DNA of 26,162 bases from Polyangia bacterium (GCA_050287845.1 JBNKCR010000035.1:1-26162); one strand, 5' to 3'. Shown: positions 1-10,009, numbered from the stretch's first letter. Notes: generated from the letters alone by a model not told the origin. Program-made: numbers and translations.

Positions 1-1
1 C

Positions 2-97
2 TACGGCCGGGCATCGGCATTATACCGCAAGGGAAATCACACCGTTGTGTTTCCATCCGGGTCATACAAACCTCCCCTCATCGTGATGAATACGTAA
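2..97 (+). mobile_element. 3' end of a CDS running in from the left edge; possibly a RAYT/IS200-like (Y1 HUH) transposase-related protein
   Basis: Frame 2 reads YGRASALYRKGNHTVVFPSGSYKPPLIVMNT* (TAA 95-97). The 'Y..A...YR.G...VVFP.G.Y' tail resembles, from memory, C-termini of myxobacterial/deltaproteobacterial RAYT-like transposases. The catalytic part is not in the window. Confidence 0.4.
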
Positions 98-529
98 ATC
101 CAAGCAGTACTTTCCAACCGACCGGTCGTCCCTCCGAAGAACACTTACTTCGCCAGCACGGGTGCATCCCAAATTGACGAATCGCAAATACCTGAGTGGT
201 CAAATCGGATGTCCGGGTACCGAACGGTGACATCTCTGTGCGCAACTATGGATTTAGCTGTCAGATTGCTCCTTAAAAATCAATTTTAAAGCCTCACCAG
301 ACGCAGACGAATAATCACTCTCAGCGTTTGGGGGTTTGGGGAGAGCTGACGAAACTGGCGTTGCCCGGGGAATCCATCTTTCTTTACCGCATCCGTTTTG
401 GGCTGATGAGCGTGTTTTCAAAACTGGGCACACAGGCCAACTGGTACCGACTGGAAAAACAGTATGTGGACGACTTCGCCATGCAGCATTCAATTCTGAT
501 GCGATAGCGAATGGATTCGAACCGATTGT

Positions 530-2170
530 CTACTCGGTTATCTGATAGATAGTCGCGTTGCCACTGACTTCATTGGCCACAGCCAGGAGCGGAACGCCGG
601 TGGGACTCTCTTCCGCCGGGATGAACACCAGACCTTCCGGCGCCAGGTCCTTTGCTTCGCCCAATTCCGGGTCCCCTTCGAAATCCCGATTATTGGCGTA
701 GTCCACGAAAATCGGATTCCATGGGGTGGTCACATCGTACATCATGATGCCACCAATGCGTTCCAGTGAAATAAAGGCATACATCCGATCATCAATTTGT
801 CCCACCGTCACCCCTTCCGGTTCGGGCCCCTTGTCGTCACTCCGCCCATCCATTTTGTTTTCGTCATTATTGGCATTGAACGAGTCCGGCAGTGCGTCGG
901 CGGTAATCCATTCGAAATCCGCACCACTGTCATACACCAGACTCCCTTTGTCGTCCCAGATGGAAAATGAACGGGCGCCATAACTGTAAATCAGACCGTA
1001 CACATCTTCGCCTTCCTCAGATACGAATTTTCCGAATGGCGGAGACGTGGTGGTTTTTAACCGGCCCAGATTGGATTTATCCTGGATGTCCGGCCAATTT
1101 TCTTCATACGCGTCGATGAGCGTTACATCCTTAACCCGCACTTCTTCTGAAAACGCCACCACTTCTTCCATGATCGGATCGCCATTCTCATCGTATTCAC
1201 CGGTCGGTGCATCATACACATACTCCCGGGCATCCCCCTCATTGGCCGTAACCAGCCACGTTCTGCGGTGCGATCTGAATGACGCGATACCATCCGGCTG
1301 ATACATTCCGAACACCGGCCAGTTCTGAATATTGATGGCCTTGTCCTTGTCGCTGGCATCCAGCTCATTGCCCGGCACAAAATATTTCTTGTAACCCAGC
1401 GGCACCAGGCGGGTGACCTGACCACAGGACAGGCTCACTATTGCCATCGCATTGTTTTCCTGCAGGGTCACCCATGCTGTTTTCGAATCATCTGAAATGG
1501 TCAGATTCTCCGGCTCCAGGTCCATGGCCACGGAGGCGCCGGGGCCGTAAATTCGGATTCCCTGCCTGATCAGTTGCCGCTTTTTCCGGTTATATCTCTT
1601 GAAGTCCGCCGTTTTCACACTCAAACAGCCCACATCAATGATGCTGATAGACCCTTCCGGGTCGACGGTGTATGAATCGTTGGGCTCCCCTTCGTTCAGC
1701 ACCACCACGTGCCTTCCATCCGGTGTGAATTTCACAGCATCGGGCAATGGACCCACTTCGACAACCGCCGGCGCCACAACGCCAACTGAATCCAGGGGAT
1801 ACAACAGTACCACCCCATTGTCGGTTTTCGTTTCCGCTGGAACCGTTACCGCAAGCATACCATTTTTCACATCCAGGTTGGTCGGCTCCGCCCCATACGG
1901 CGTTACGTCGAGTTCCACAACCAGCTCCGGTGCAGACGGATCGGCGATGCTGATCACGTGCACGCTCTGCGTGTAGCGGTTGGTGGTTGCGATGGTTTGC
2001 GACGAGGGGTCGTAACCGACGGCTTCCGCCCCCCCTTCATCAAACCAGTCCGCAATGGGTGATTCGGGATATGACCCGATGGGAGTCAGCGTCAGTGCAT
2101 GACACTTCCCGGAAACAACAACAAATCCCACCAGCAGCATCACTGGAACAATGCATCGAAATTGAAACAT
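530..2170 (-). CDS. Secreted choice-of-anchor I family beta-propeller protein (alkaline-phosphatase-associated domain)
   Basis: Signal peptide (MFQFRCIVPVMLLVGFVVVSGKCHA) after a GGAGGG RBS. Family motifs VGPLPDAVKFTPDG, NEGEP, DPEGSISII, DLEPE, LQENNA, YQPDGIA, TANEGD, GARSFSIW, RSDDKGPEPEG, LERIGG, APEG and ANEVSG. Start trimmed from the ORF-track 2233 to ATG 2170. Confidence 0.85.
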   Translation of the reverse strand: MFQFRCIVPVMLLVGFVVVSGKCHALTLTPIGSYPESPIADWFDEGGAEAVGYDPSSQTIATTNRYTQSVHVISIADPSAPELVVELDVTPYGAEPTNLDVKNGMLAVTVPAETKTDNGVVLLYPLDSVGVVAPAVVEVGPLPDAVKFTPDGRHVVVLNEGEPNDSYTVDPEGSISIIDVGCLSVKTADFKRYNRKKRQLIRQGIRIYGPGASVAMDLEPENLTISDDSKTAWVTLQENNAMAIVSLSCGQVTRLVPLGYKKYFVPGNELDASDKDKAINIQNWPVFGMYQPDGIASFRSHRRTWLVTANEGDAREYVYDAPTGEYDENGDPIMEEVVAFSEEVRVKDVTLIDAYEENWPDIQDKSNLGRLKTTTSPPFGKFVSEEGEDVYGLIYSYGARSFSIWDDKGSLVYDSGADFEWITADALPDSFNANNDENKMDGRSDDKGPEPEGVTVGQIDDRMYAFISLERIGGIMMYDVTTPWNPIFVDYANNRDFEGDPELGEAKDLAPEGLVFIPAEESPTGVPLLAVANEVSGNATIYQITE

Positions 2171-2301
2171 GACTATTCCCTCCATTGGTTTTATGTTGCA
2201 GCAGAAGATAGCGTGACTTTCTCCCGAATGCAATCCCCCACGGAGTGGGCAGGAAAACGCTCAATGCGATATATCCAACAGAAACAAGTGCGAAGAAATG
2301 A

Positions 2302-2802
2302 TCAATCAATACAGGGCAAATACCCCCTTGGCGAGTCACAGTTTTCATCTGTTTCCACGATTGACCAGCCGGGAGTCCGCGGGCGACATCCATTGGGAAT
2401 CCACCAACATTTTCCAGCTTCGTCCGTTGTCGAAAGACCATCATCATCGCAATTTTTCAGGGCGGTGCACCCCAGAAAATGGCCTCCGCCACAGGCTATC
2501 CAGAAGGACGACTCCGATTCTCCGTCCAGCTTGGCAACGGGGAGCGCGTTAATCATTCCACACACCTCATCGGAGTCCTGACATTCGTCAATGGTCAATC
2601 CATCGCAGTCACTGACAATTCGCTGCCCCGTACCCGTGTCGGAATCCGCACCATCAACGTTGCTGTCCGTATGGGTCCCCCCCAACCCATCGTCCATTTC
2701 CGATGTACCAGAATCTTCCCCATCTCCTGTACTGTCACTGCGGTAACAGCCCGACGCAGCCATTAAAGCACCCAACAACAGAATAAAATGAAAATAATTC
2801 AT
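2302..2802 (-). CDS. Hypothetical lipoprotein: acidic D/S/T/G linker followed by a Cys-rich domain
   Basis: MNYFHFILLLGALMAASG-C lipobox, then a D/S/T/G-rich linker and a C-terminal region with about 10 Cys. Confidence 0.65.
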   Translation of the reverse strand: MNYFHFILLLGALMAASGCYRSDSTGDGEDSGTSEMDDGLGGTHTDSNVDGADSDTGTGQRIVSDCDGLTIDECQDSDEVCGMINALPVAKLDGESESSFWIACGGGHFLGCTALKNCDDDGLSTTDEAGKCWWIPNGCRPRTPGWSIVETDENCDSPRGYLPCID

Positions 2803-2995
2803 CTGCGTAGCATACCAGCATCCGAACTTTACGGAACCCCACAGATGCATATCGCACATGAGATTTGCAATTCATCGATACTGAACTCATTTTCCCGCCG
2901 AATCCTGCTGAATTGAATGGCCTCAGCATCCCGCTGCTGCTCCGGTGTGCCTTCCACAGCGATTCGGCTTATTGACCAAACGGGATTATCAAAAT

Positions 2996-3259
2996 ATGAT
3001 GCGCTCAATGGCTGGTACCCAAAAAAAAGACATCAATGCCGAGATTGAGTTTATTGAAAAGCTCCATCGACTGGGGGATGACACATCCGTGCAACATCTC
3101 TCCCGGGGACTTCTGCTTTCTGAAACCCTGTCGCCTGAGGAAAAAAAACGCATTCGAAAAGTACTGAACCGGGGAACGCGGGGCGGCACCGTTGTCACCA
3201 CAATTATTATCCTGATACTCATCGTTATTTTTTTCCTGTACATCAAGTACGGCGCATAA
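2996..3259 (+). CDS. Small hypothetical protein with a C-terminal transmembrane helix
   Basis: Charged helical N-part followed by a hydrophobic tail (VVTTIIILILIVIFFLYI). Fills the gap between neighbouring genes. Start uncertain (2996/2999/3008). Confidence 0.55.
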   Translation: MMRSMAGTQKKDINAEIEFIEKLHRLGDDTSVQHLSRGLLLSETLSPEEKKRIRKVLNRGTRGGTVVTTIIILILIVIFFLYIKYGA

Positions 3260-3322
3260 CCGCACTGGACATAGAACAATCTTTTGCCGGCTTTTCGTAG
3301 AGTTGAAAAATGATCCGGTGGG

Positions 3323-3733
3323 TTACAGCACCGGGTGGGACCAGTTTTCGGGAACGACGTTGAATGTTTTTTCAGCCACTTTTTCGCCGTCCAGTTTTAC
3401 CCACATGTACCAGGGACCCATTTTATTTTCCGCCGGCGCCCAGATGGTATCGCCCAGAAAAAAGTGCCAGTCGGCGCTTTTGATGCGCATGGTGCCTTTG
3501 AACGGCGCCATTACGTTCCCATCATCTCCGGGAATCTGCGGATGATCGATGCACCACTCGATGGATTTGCCTTTGGCCTGCCGGATATTCACAATCATTC
3601 CAAATTCAATATCCAGCCGCGCGGGGACTTCCTCGCAGAAATGCAGAATCTTCGGAAGTTCTTTCGCATCCGCTTTCCAGCCGCGATAAATGCCGTAACT
3701 TTCAATTTTCACATTTTTATTTTTTTTGCCCAT
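3323..3733 (-). CDS. DUF3859-like hypothetical protein
   Basis: SYGIY...KELPKI...IEFG..VNI..AKG...CI.HP.IP.DDG..MAPF.G...DW.F.LGDTIWAP pattern recalled from the DUF3859 family. Overlaps the sbcC 3' end by 17 nt. Confidence 0.7.
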   Translation of the reverse strand: MGKKNKNVKIESYGIYRGWKADAKELPKILHFCEEVPARLDIEFGMIVNIRQAKGKSIEWCIDHPQIPGDDGNVMAPFKGTMRIKSADWHFFLGDTIWAPAENKMGPWYMWVKLDGEKVAEKTFNVVPENWSHPVL

Positions 3734-6700
3734 TCAGATTGCCTCCACTGCATCCGGGACCCAGCAGGGTGCTGATGCCCCCGGACTTTGGAATGACCTG
3801 AATCTGACAGGCGATGCGTTCCTTGAGGGCGGGCACGTGAGAAATGATACCAATCAGTTTTCCTTCATGATGCAGCGTGCCCAGCGCGTCCAGCGCCGTC
3901 TCCAGCGCCTGGTCATCAAGGGTGCCGAATCCCTCGTCGAGAAAAAGCGAATCGATACGAACCGTCTTTCCGGCCATCTGCGCCAGCCCCAGAGCGAGCG
4001 CCAGACTGACAATAAACGTCTCTCCCCCAGAGAGATTTCGGGTGCTTCGCACTTCACCCGCCTGATGATTATCCACCACACTGAACGCCAGCGGGGTGGT
4101 TGCATCAGGCAGAAGCAAATAGCGATCGGTCATTCGCACCAGCTGATTGTTTGTCTGGGAAATCAGCCGTTCAAATGTCAACCCCTGGGCAAAGTTGCGA
4201 TATTTCTTTCCATCCGCCGAGCCAATCAGTTCATGCAGACGGGCCCATCTGGCGCATGTTTCCTGTTGCGCTGCCAATTTCGCCATCAGCGCGCCCTTTT
4301 CTTTTCGTCGCAACCCATCATCGGTCAGCGTCTGACGAAGCGCCCCGAGGGTCTCGCTCAATGTGGCCGCCCGGGTGTTCACTTCCGTCAACTGCGCCCG
4401 CAGCGCTGCTTCATCCGCTTCACTCAGGGGATGCCGTTTCAAGTCTTCCCATTGCCGCGTCTGATCGGCCAACAACGTTTTCACCGATTTCTCCCGATCA
4501 TCCAGCTGCAGCGCTTCTTCGGTCAGCCTGGCCAATTCACCCTGTTCTATCTGCGCCGCCAGAAACCCCGCCTCATCCCTGAATCCCGAATCTTCGCACT
4601 TTTTCTGAAACGCCGCCTCCCGGGTTGCGCATTCGCCAAGTCCCTCATCGAGAGCGTGCATGACCCCCTCCCGTCTGGTGAGCAGCCGGGTTTCCTCTGT
4701 CTTCGCATGCTGAAGCTGATTCTGTTCGGTTTGCACGGCGGCTTCGGCATCGGTCACCACATCGTTCCACCGGGCTTCCTCCGCCGCAATGGATTTTTCC
4801 CCATACATCTCAAGGCGCTGCCGCCACAATTCGGCTTTTTCGTCCGACCACCCGGCCAGTCGCTTCTCATTTTCGTCCAGGGAATTCCGGGCCGCTGCCA
4901 TCGCCCCGTCCGTTTCTTTCTGAGCCAGCTGCAGTTCCTGAACCTCTATCGAACATTGCGCCACCTCCAGGGTAGCCTGCTTCCACTTTGCTGCGCGCGC
5001 TTTCAGCCGGCGAACGGTTTCAGAATCCCGTCCCAAATCAATCTCAGATACCCCATACGCTGCCAGCCTCTCCTGCAACTGCTGCCTCAGACGTTCCCGA
5101 TCGCGCCGAACGGACGCCTGTTCCTGTTCCAGGCGCGTCATACTATCTTTATGCGTTGCAGCCTGCTGCCCGGCCTTTTCCTGCTGAAAGACCGCCAATT
5201 GCAATGCCTTTTCCGAATCCCCCAGCGCCTTCCGGATATTGGCCAGCCCCCCTTCCGCTTCTTCAATGGCATCCATCCGCTGCTGTAACGCCGCAACCTC
5301 CCTTTCCACCGCATCCAGTTTTGGCACCTGGCCCGTCACATACGGATGCGCCAGAGCGCCACACAGGGGACAGGGAGCGCCAACCCGCAGCCGTTCCCGT
5401 TCACTTTCCAGACTGACAATCTGACGGGTCAATAATCGCTTTTCCAGCAGTGCATCCAGCTGTGCCCGATACCCCTTCAACGTCATGCCATTGAGCAAGT
5501 CACCAACCTGCTCAAGCTGGTTCTGTTCATCCCGCTGCAGCGCCGTCTGTTTATCGGTCAGGGCAACCCGTTCCTTTTCGAAGCGCGCCCCCTGCGCTAC
5601 CGCATCCTGCAGCCGAGAGGCCGTTTGCTTCAACTCCATACGCAACGTCTCCAGCTTTCCGTCCAGGGAAGCCACATCCGCAATTCGGGTTTCAATGGGT
5701 TCCATGGCCAATTCCAGATGCTCATCCCACGCATGGTTTTTCAGATATTCGCCGCTTCTTTCTGCGGCATCCTGCAGCTTGCGAATCTGTTTCCCGGTGT
5801 TGTTGAGTGTTTCCGTCAATGCTTCGATTTGACGGCGCTGCTTTTTGATAGACAGTCCGGTCTCGCCGCTTTTCTTTTCAATTTCCTGCAGCTGAATATC
5901 CACTTCGCGCACCTGCCTTCGCAATCCCCTGTCGCGCTCCTGCGCTTCCCGCGCCTCCGTCAGCCGCTCCTTTGCCAGCTGATAAGCGGCGTTAAAACGC
6001 GACACGCTGCCGGATGCGTCGGGCAACTGGCTATCGATGGACTGAAGCGACGCCCGCAGTGCCTGCACATCCGCCCGCTTCAATGAAAGAGCCGTGTGCG
6101 CGGCGCCCAGCGTCTCGGCCCGTTTCGCCAGATGAAGCCGCTGTCTTTGCGGTTGAAAGACCTCCTGTTGTCGCGAGACATCCTCCATATGACGGGTCAG
6201 TGTCCGAATATTCTCTTCCATGGCAGCCACCTTTACCCACCACGAAATGGCCTCATTCAACGTTTTCTGCTTTTCCGTCAGCGTGTGCAGCGTCTGCTGA
6301 ATGCCGGCCAGCTCCGCTTCTTTGTGGGCGCGACTGTCATCACTCAACAGCTGTACAGACGCATCGTGCTGTTGCAACGCCGTGAGTTTATCCTCTTCTG
6401 AACGGTGCCGTTCATGAACGGCCACAGAAATATCACTGTAAATTTCAGTGCCGGTAATCTGTTCCAGTATCGGGGCGCGCTCATTGGCATCGGCGCCTAA
6501 AAAGGCGTTGAACTGACCCTGCGCCAAAAGAACCGATCGGGTGAACCGCTGAAAGGAAAGTCCTGTCAGTTTTTCAACCACGCCCGGCACCTCGCTCAGC
6601 TTCTCTGCAATCAACCGACCACTTGAATCGCTGAGTTCATGCTTTGCATTGGCCAGCTGACCATCGGTTTTTTTGCGCGCCCGGTGCTGATGCCATTTAC

Positions 6701-6980
6701 TGGTGAATGTCCCCTCACTGCACGAGAACGTCACTTCGGCACTGCACTCCCCGGTCTGACGCGACATAATTTCATTGTCGTTTCGCGTGATTCTGTTCAG
6801 CCTCGGGGTTTGTCCGTAAAGCGCAAGACAGATGGCATCCAGGATTGTGGACTTCCCCGCGCCAGTCGGACCAGTGATGGCGAAAATTCCCGATGCCCGA
6901 AAAGCAGGCGCCGTAAAATCCACCGTCCACCGCCCCTGAAGGGAATTGAGATTACAGAATGTCAATGTGTGAATCTGCAT
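3717..6980 (-). CDS. sbcC: SbcCD nuclease ATPase subunit SbcC (Rad50-like)
   Basis: NLNSL N-terminus, Walker A GPTGAGKS, long coiled coil with zinc hook CPLCG, signature LSGGE, Walker B LFLDEGFG, IISH. Adjacent to sbcD. Confidence 0.96.
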   Translation of the reverse strand: MQIHTLTFCNLNSLQGRWTVDFTAPAFRASGIFAITGPTGAGKSTILDAICLALYGQTPRLNRITRNDNEIMSRQTGECSAEVTFSCSEGTFTSKWHQHRARKKTDGQLANAKHELSDSSGRLIAEKLSEVPGVVEKLTGLSFQRFTRSVLLAQGQFNAFLGADANERAPILEQITGTEIYSDISVAVHERHRSEEDKLTALQQHDASVQLLSDDSRAHKEAELAGIQQTLHTLTEKQKTLNEAISWWVKVAAMEENIRTLTRHMEDVSRQQEVFQPQRQRLHLAKRAETLGAAHTALSLKRADVQALRASLQSIDSQLPDASGSVSRFNAAYQLAKERLTEAREAQERDRGLRRQVREVDIQLQEIEKKSGETGLSIKKQRRQIEALTETLNNTGKQIRKLQDAAERSGEYLKNHAWDEHLELAMEPIETRIADVASLDGKLETLRMELKQTASRLQDAVAQGARFEKERVALTDKQTALQRDEQNQLEQVGDLLNGMTLKGYRAQLDALLEKRLLTRQIVSLESERERLRVGAPCPLCGALAHPYVTGQVPKLDAVEREVAALQQRMDAIEEAEGGLANIRKALGDSEKALQLAVFQQEKAGQQAATHKDSMTRLEQEQASVRRDRERLRQQLQERLAAYGVSEIDLGRDSETVRRLKARAAKWKQATLEVAQCSIEVQELQLAQKETDGAMAAARNSLDENEKRLAGWSDEKAELWRQRLEMYGEKSIAAEEARWNDVVTDAEAAVQTEQNQLQHAKTEETRLLTRREGVMHALDEGLGECATREAAFQKKCEDSGFRDEAGFLAAQIEQGELARLTEEALQLDDREKSVKTLLADQTRQWEDLKRHPLSEADEAALRAQLTEVNTRAATLSETLGALRQTLTDDGLRRKEKGALMAKLAAQQETCARWARLHELIGSADGKKYRNFAQGLTFERLISQTNNQLVRMTDRYLLLPDATTPLAFSVVDNHQAGEVRSTRNLSGGETFIVSLALALGLAQMAGKTVRIDSLFLDEGFGTLDDQALETALDALGTLHHEGKLIGIISHVPALKERIACQIQVIPKSGGISTLLGPGCSGGNLNGQKK

Positions 6981-6986
6981 CCGGGC

Positions 6987-8213
6987 TTACTCCGCGTTGA
7001 CATCGGACTCCAGCACCTGCGCCAGAATTTCCCGATAACAGGCTTCCAGTTCAGCGGTCACTTCGTCCGCTGTATTTTCCAGTGCCAGACGCCTTCGAAA
7101 CACCTCCTCCGCGCCCAGTTCATTGAGGTCAGGATGCGTATCAATGCGCTGCAATACCTGGTTGAACACCCGCTGGTTGCGGATGCGCAGCACCTCCACG
7201 ACGGTGTCATTCAATTTCTCGAAGGTCTGCTCCTTCAAATCCGGCATCAGCGCATCTCCGGTATAATCCACTTCCACCCAGACCGATTCATTTTTCGCAA
7301 TCAGCGCCGCGAGGCCGGCTTCAATGGCATCCCAATCCCCACTGACCAGCGCCAGCTGCTGAAACCGGGGAATCAGCAGAGTCCCAATATCGAAATGATC
7401 ATCATGCCATTCCAGCAACACCACTTCTTTTTGCTGAGATGCTTCGTTAACCCCCATGGGCAGCGGAGATCCACTATAGCGGATTCGGGGATTCTTCCCC
7501 ACCAGTTGCGGCACATGCAGATGGCCCAGGGCCACATAATCAAACCCGTCGGGAAAAGACGTGCCACAGAAATGCGCCAATGTTCCCACATACAATTCCC
7601 GAACGCCATCGCCCTCCACCGTCACCGCCCCGCTGGCGAAAAGATGACCGGTGGCCACAATCGGCACCCGGGCGCCAGAATTCAGACGAGCCCGGGCCGC
7701 GGTCAGAACCCGCTGGTAATGTTCGGCAATACCCTCCGTCACCTTTCGCTGACGGTCTTGCTCGGTTTCGCCGGGTTCCACCCGCCGCAGATCCCGCTCC
7801 CGCAGATATGGCACCGCACACACCACCAGTTGCGTCGTACCTTTGTCGTCGCAAATCACTATCACTTCATCTTCGATATTCTCTGGCGTCGCGCCTATCA
7901 CGTGAACCCCCATGGACCGCAGCAACATTGCCGGCGCATCCAGAAAGGTGGGGGAATCGTGATTGCCGGCCACCACCACAATATGCCGACATCCGGCACT
8001 GCGGACATTTCCCAGAAACCGGTAATACTGTTCCTGAGCCCGGTTGGTGGGGGTGGTTGTATCAAAAATGTCACCGGCGACAATCAGCACATCCACCTGC
8101 TCCTTTCGGATGGTCTCCAGCAACCAGGTCAGATACGCATCAAACTCATCGTATCTTTTGCGACCATAGAGGGTACGACCCAGATGCCAGTCCGATGTAT
8201 GCAGCACTTTCAT
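6987..8213 (-). CDS. sbcD: SbcCD nuclease subunit SbcD (Mre11-like metallophosphoesterase)
   Basis: HTSDWHLG, AGDIFD, GNHD, GHL, YVALGHLH and YSGSP motifs. Confidence 0.96.
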   Translation of the reverse strand: MKVLHTSDWHLGRTLYGRKRYDEFDAYLTWLLETIRKEQVDVLIVAGDIFDTTTPTNRAQEQYYRFLGNVRSAGCRHIVVVAGNHDSPTFLDAPAMLLRSMGVHVIGATPENIEDEVIVICDDKGTTQLVVCAVPYLRERDLRRVEPGETEQDRQRKVTEGIAEHYQRVLTAARARLNSGARVPIVATGHLFASGAVTVEGDGVRELYVGTLAHFCGTSFPDGFDYVALGHLHVPQLVGKNPRIRYSGSPLPMGVNEASQQKEVVLLEWHDDHFDIGTLLIPRFQQLALVSGDWDAIEAGLAALIAKNESVWVEVDYTGDALMPDLKEQTFEKLNDTVVEVLRIRNQRVFNQVLQRIDTHPDLNELGAEEVFRRRLALENTADEVTAELEACYREILAQVLESDVNAE

Positions 8214-8231
8214 CAAAGGCGGTAACGAAAA

Positions 8232-8990
8232 TTAAAACAGCGTTGCGCTGTAGGTCTCAGACAGATTGCGCGGATCAAAACAGAATTTGACGCCATCCCT
8301 GTCAATGCATCCATACTGCGAAGCTTCTCCCCCGAAGGTGGCGTCCGTTTCCCCCAACCGACATTCCGCATCGGTCGTGCAGGATTTCACGCACGCCCGA
8401 CTATCCATGGTTGCGGACATGAGCCCGCCTGCCATCGACGTCTCCACGTTCATCTCAATCATCACCGTACCCGCCGGACAGGAGGTCATGGTGGCGTAAT
8501 CGCCGAAAGAGGCCGAACTGCAGACAATGTCCGCGCCCACGCAATTTCCAATGGATTGCAACGCGCAGTAACCGTTGGCAAAATACGTCTGGGTAACGGT
8601 CTGCCCCGAGTACGATCGCAGGCACACCCGGGCCCCGGCATGATCGGTTGGCACGCCATCACACCCCACAATCGCATCTCCCCCGTTGGGAATGGGTACA
8701 CCGGCCATCTCACAGGCGGTGCCACTGCAACTGCAGGGAGACCCGATGTTGCCATCGCCCACCGATACCGTTCCAGTACCGGTATCTCCCACAGTCTCCG
8801 TGTCCGGGGCGGTCGCAGTATCATTTGCCGTTGCGGTATCCACCAATGTGGCACTGTCGAGGGAAGTCTGCGTGTCGCTCATGGTATCGGCGGTATTCGC
8901 TCCGTCATCCGAATCATCGGCACAACCCGACACCAGCAGAGCGAAGCCGGTCATCAATAGCACCAGGTAAAATGTGTAATTTTTAATCAT
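8232..8990 (-). CDS. Hypothetical lipoprotein with a D/T-rich linker and Cys-rich C-terminal domain
   Basis: Signal peptide with lipobox LVSG-C, about 55 aa of D/T/A-rich linker, then a domain with about 14 Cys. AAGGAAGG RBS upstream. Confidence 0.75.
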   Translation of the reverse strand: MIKNYTFYLVLLMTGFALLVSGCADDSDDGANTADTMSDTQTSLDSATLVDTATANDTATAPDTETVGDTGTGTVSVGDGNIGSPCSCSGTACEMAGVPIPNGGDAIVGCDGVPTDHAGARVCLRSYSGQTVTQTYFANGYCALQSIGNCVGADIVCSSASFGDYATMTSCPAGTVMIEMNVETSMAGGLMSATMDSRACVKSCTTDAECRLGETDATFGGEASQYGCIDRDGVKFCFDPRNLSETYSATLF

Positions 8991-9012
8991 ATTTGCCTTC
9001 CTTATTGTTCTT

Positions 9013-9369
9013 TCACTGTTTTTTCAGAATCACTTTATCAATAGCGGTGTAGTACAACCCCTTGAATCGGGGGCTGACCCGTTCCAGATAATGGTCTCTG
9101 GCAATCCGAAGTTCCCGCTCCAACTTTCTGGGAATCTCCCCGGAGCGAACCGCTTCGTCACTCAGCTCCGGATACTTTTGCGCAGCTTCCTGCACCAGTG
9201 ACTCGGCAATCTGCATGGCCACCGGTTCCGCTGACACCTGCCGGCGCGGCCTCTTCCGTCCCCTCTTGCGAGACAACTTCTTCGCCTCATGCACCATTCG
9301 CAGCGCCTGGGTGAGCGCCATGAATCCAAAAATCAGAATACCGAAAATCGCCAGTTTCTCAAAACTCAT
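9013..9369 (-). CDS. Hypothetical protein: N-terminal TM helix, basic stretch and helical C-domain
   Basis: Hydrophobic LAIFGILIFGFMAL then KKLSRKRGRKRPRR. Starts immediately after the tsaC-like stop codon. Confidence 0.7.
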   Translation of the reverse strand: MSFEKLAIFGILIFGFMALTQALRMVHEAKKLSRKRGRKRPRRQVSAEPVAMQIAESLVQEAAQKYPELSDEAVRSGEIPRKLERELRIARDHYLERVSPRFKGLYYTAIDKVILKKQ

Positions 9370-9984
9370 TCAAATATCTCCATCTGACAACACCAGTATT
9401 CCCTGCCTGAGTACCTGCAGCTCACTGCCGGCAGCAATGACAATGGTGGACCCCGGTGGTCCGGAAACCTCCCCTTCAATCACCATATCCACCCCGGTCA
9501 ACCTCAGCAACTCACCCGACACCAGCGGCTCCGTTTCGCCTTTGCGATTGGCGCTGGTGGCAGTCAGCACCAGCTGCGTATGTCTGGCCAGTTCCAGAGC
9601 CGGCGAAGGTCCCGGAACCCGCACCCCAATCAATCCGCCCGGACCAATCAGCGGCCAGGGCAACCCTTCCTTTGCGGGAACGAGTAGCGTCAACGGTCCA
9701 GGCCAATATCGCTCCGCCAGTTTTCGGACGCGGGCAGTCACCCCGGTCGATACCCGCGTCAGATGCTCGAAAGATGGCAGAATGACCGAAATCGGTTTGG
9801 CGCCCATCTCATGGGTAGGCCGGTCCTTAATGGCCGCGCTGCAGGCCACCGCTTCTTCATTGAGTGCGTCGGCCGCAAGACCAAACAACTGCTCAAACGC
9901 AAGAGCGACCACACCGCCCTCCCCAATCACGGCAGATGCCTTTTTCAGCCAATCCTCTCTGGGGGAGCAATGAATTGCAGTCAT
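9370..9984 (-). CDS. tsaC: Sua5/YrdC/TsaC family L-threonylcarbamoyladenylate synthase (divergent N-terminal motif)
   Basis: GGVV...FGL, IKDRP (KxR), YWPGPLT, IGVRVP, TATSAN, STIV and LRQG motifs. Start trimmed to ATG 9984, downstream of the purE stop. Confidence 0.8.
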   Translation of the reverse strand: MTAIHCSPREDWLKKASAVIGEGGVVALAFEQLFGLAADALNEEAVACSAAIKDRPTHEMGAKPISVILPSFEHLTRVSTGVTARVRKLAERYWPGPLTLLVPAKEGLPWPLIGPGGLIGVRVPGPSPALELARHTQLVLTATSANRKGETEPLVSGELLRLTGVDMVIEGEVSGPPGSTIVIAAGSELQVLRQGILVLSDGDI

Positions 9985-10009
9985 CGAAATGGGTCCTGAT
10001 TTCTGATGG

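Noticed and set aside
254..545. Short ORFs 254-493 (-) and 336-545 (+)
   Set aside because: They have no RBS or motif support, overlap each other and have non-protein-like composition.
3726..8225. Long + strand ORFs 3726-5288 and 6639-8225
   Set aside because: They are antisense shadows of sbcC and sbcD with no recognisable motifs.
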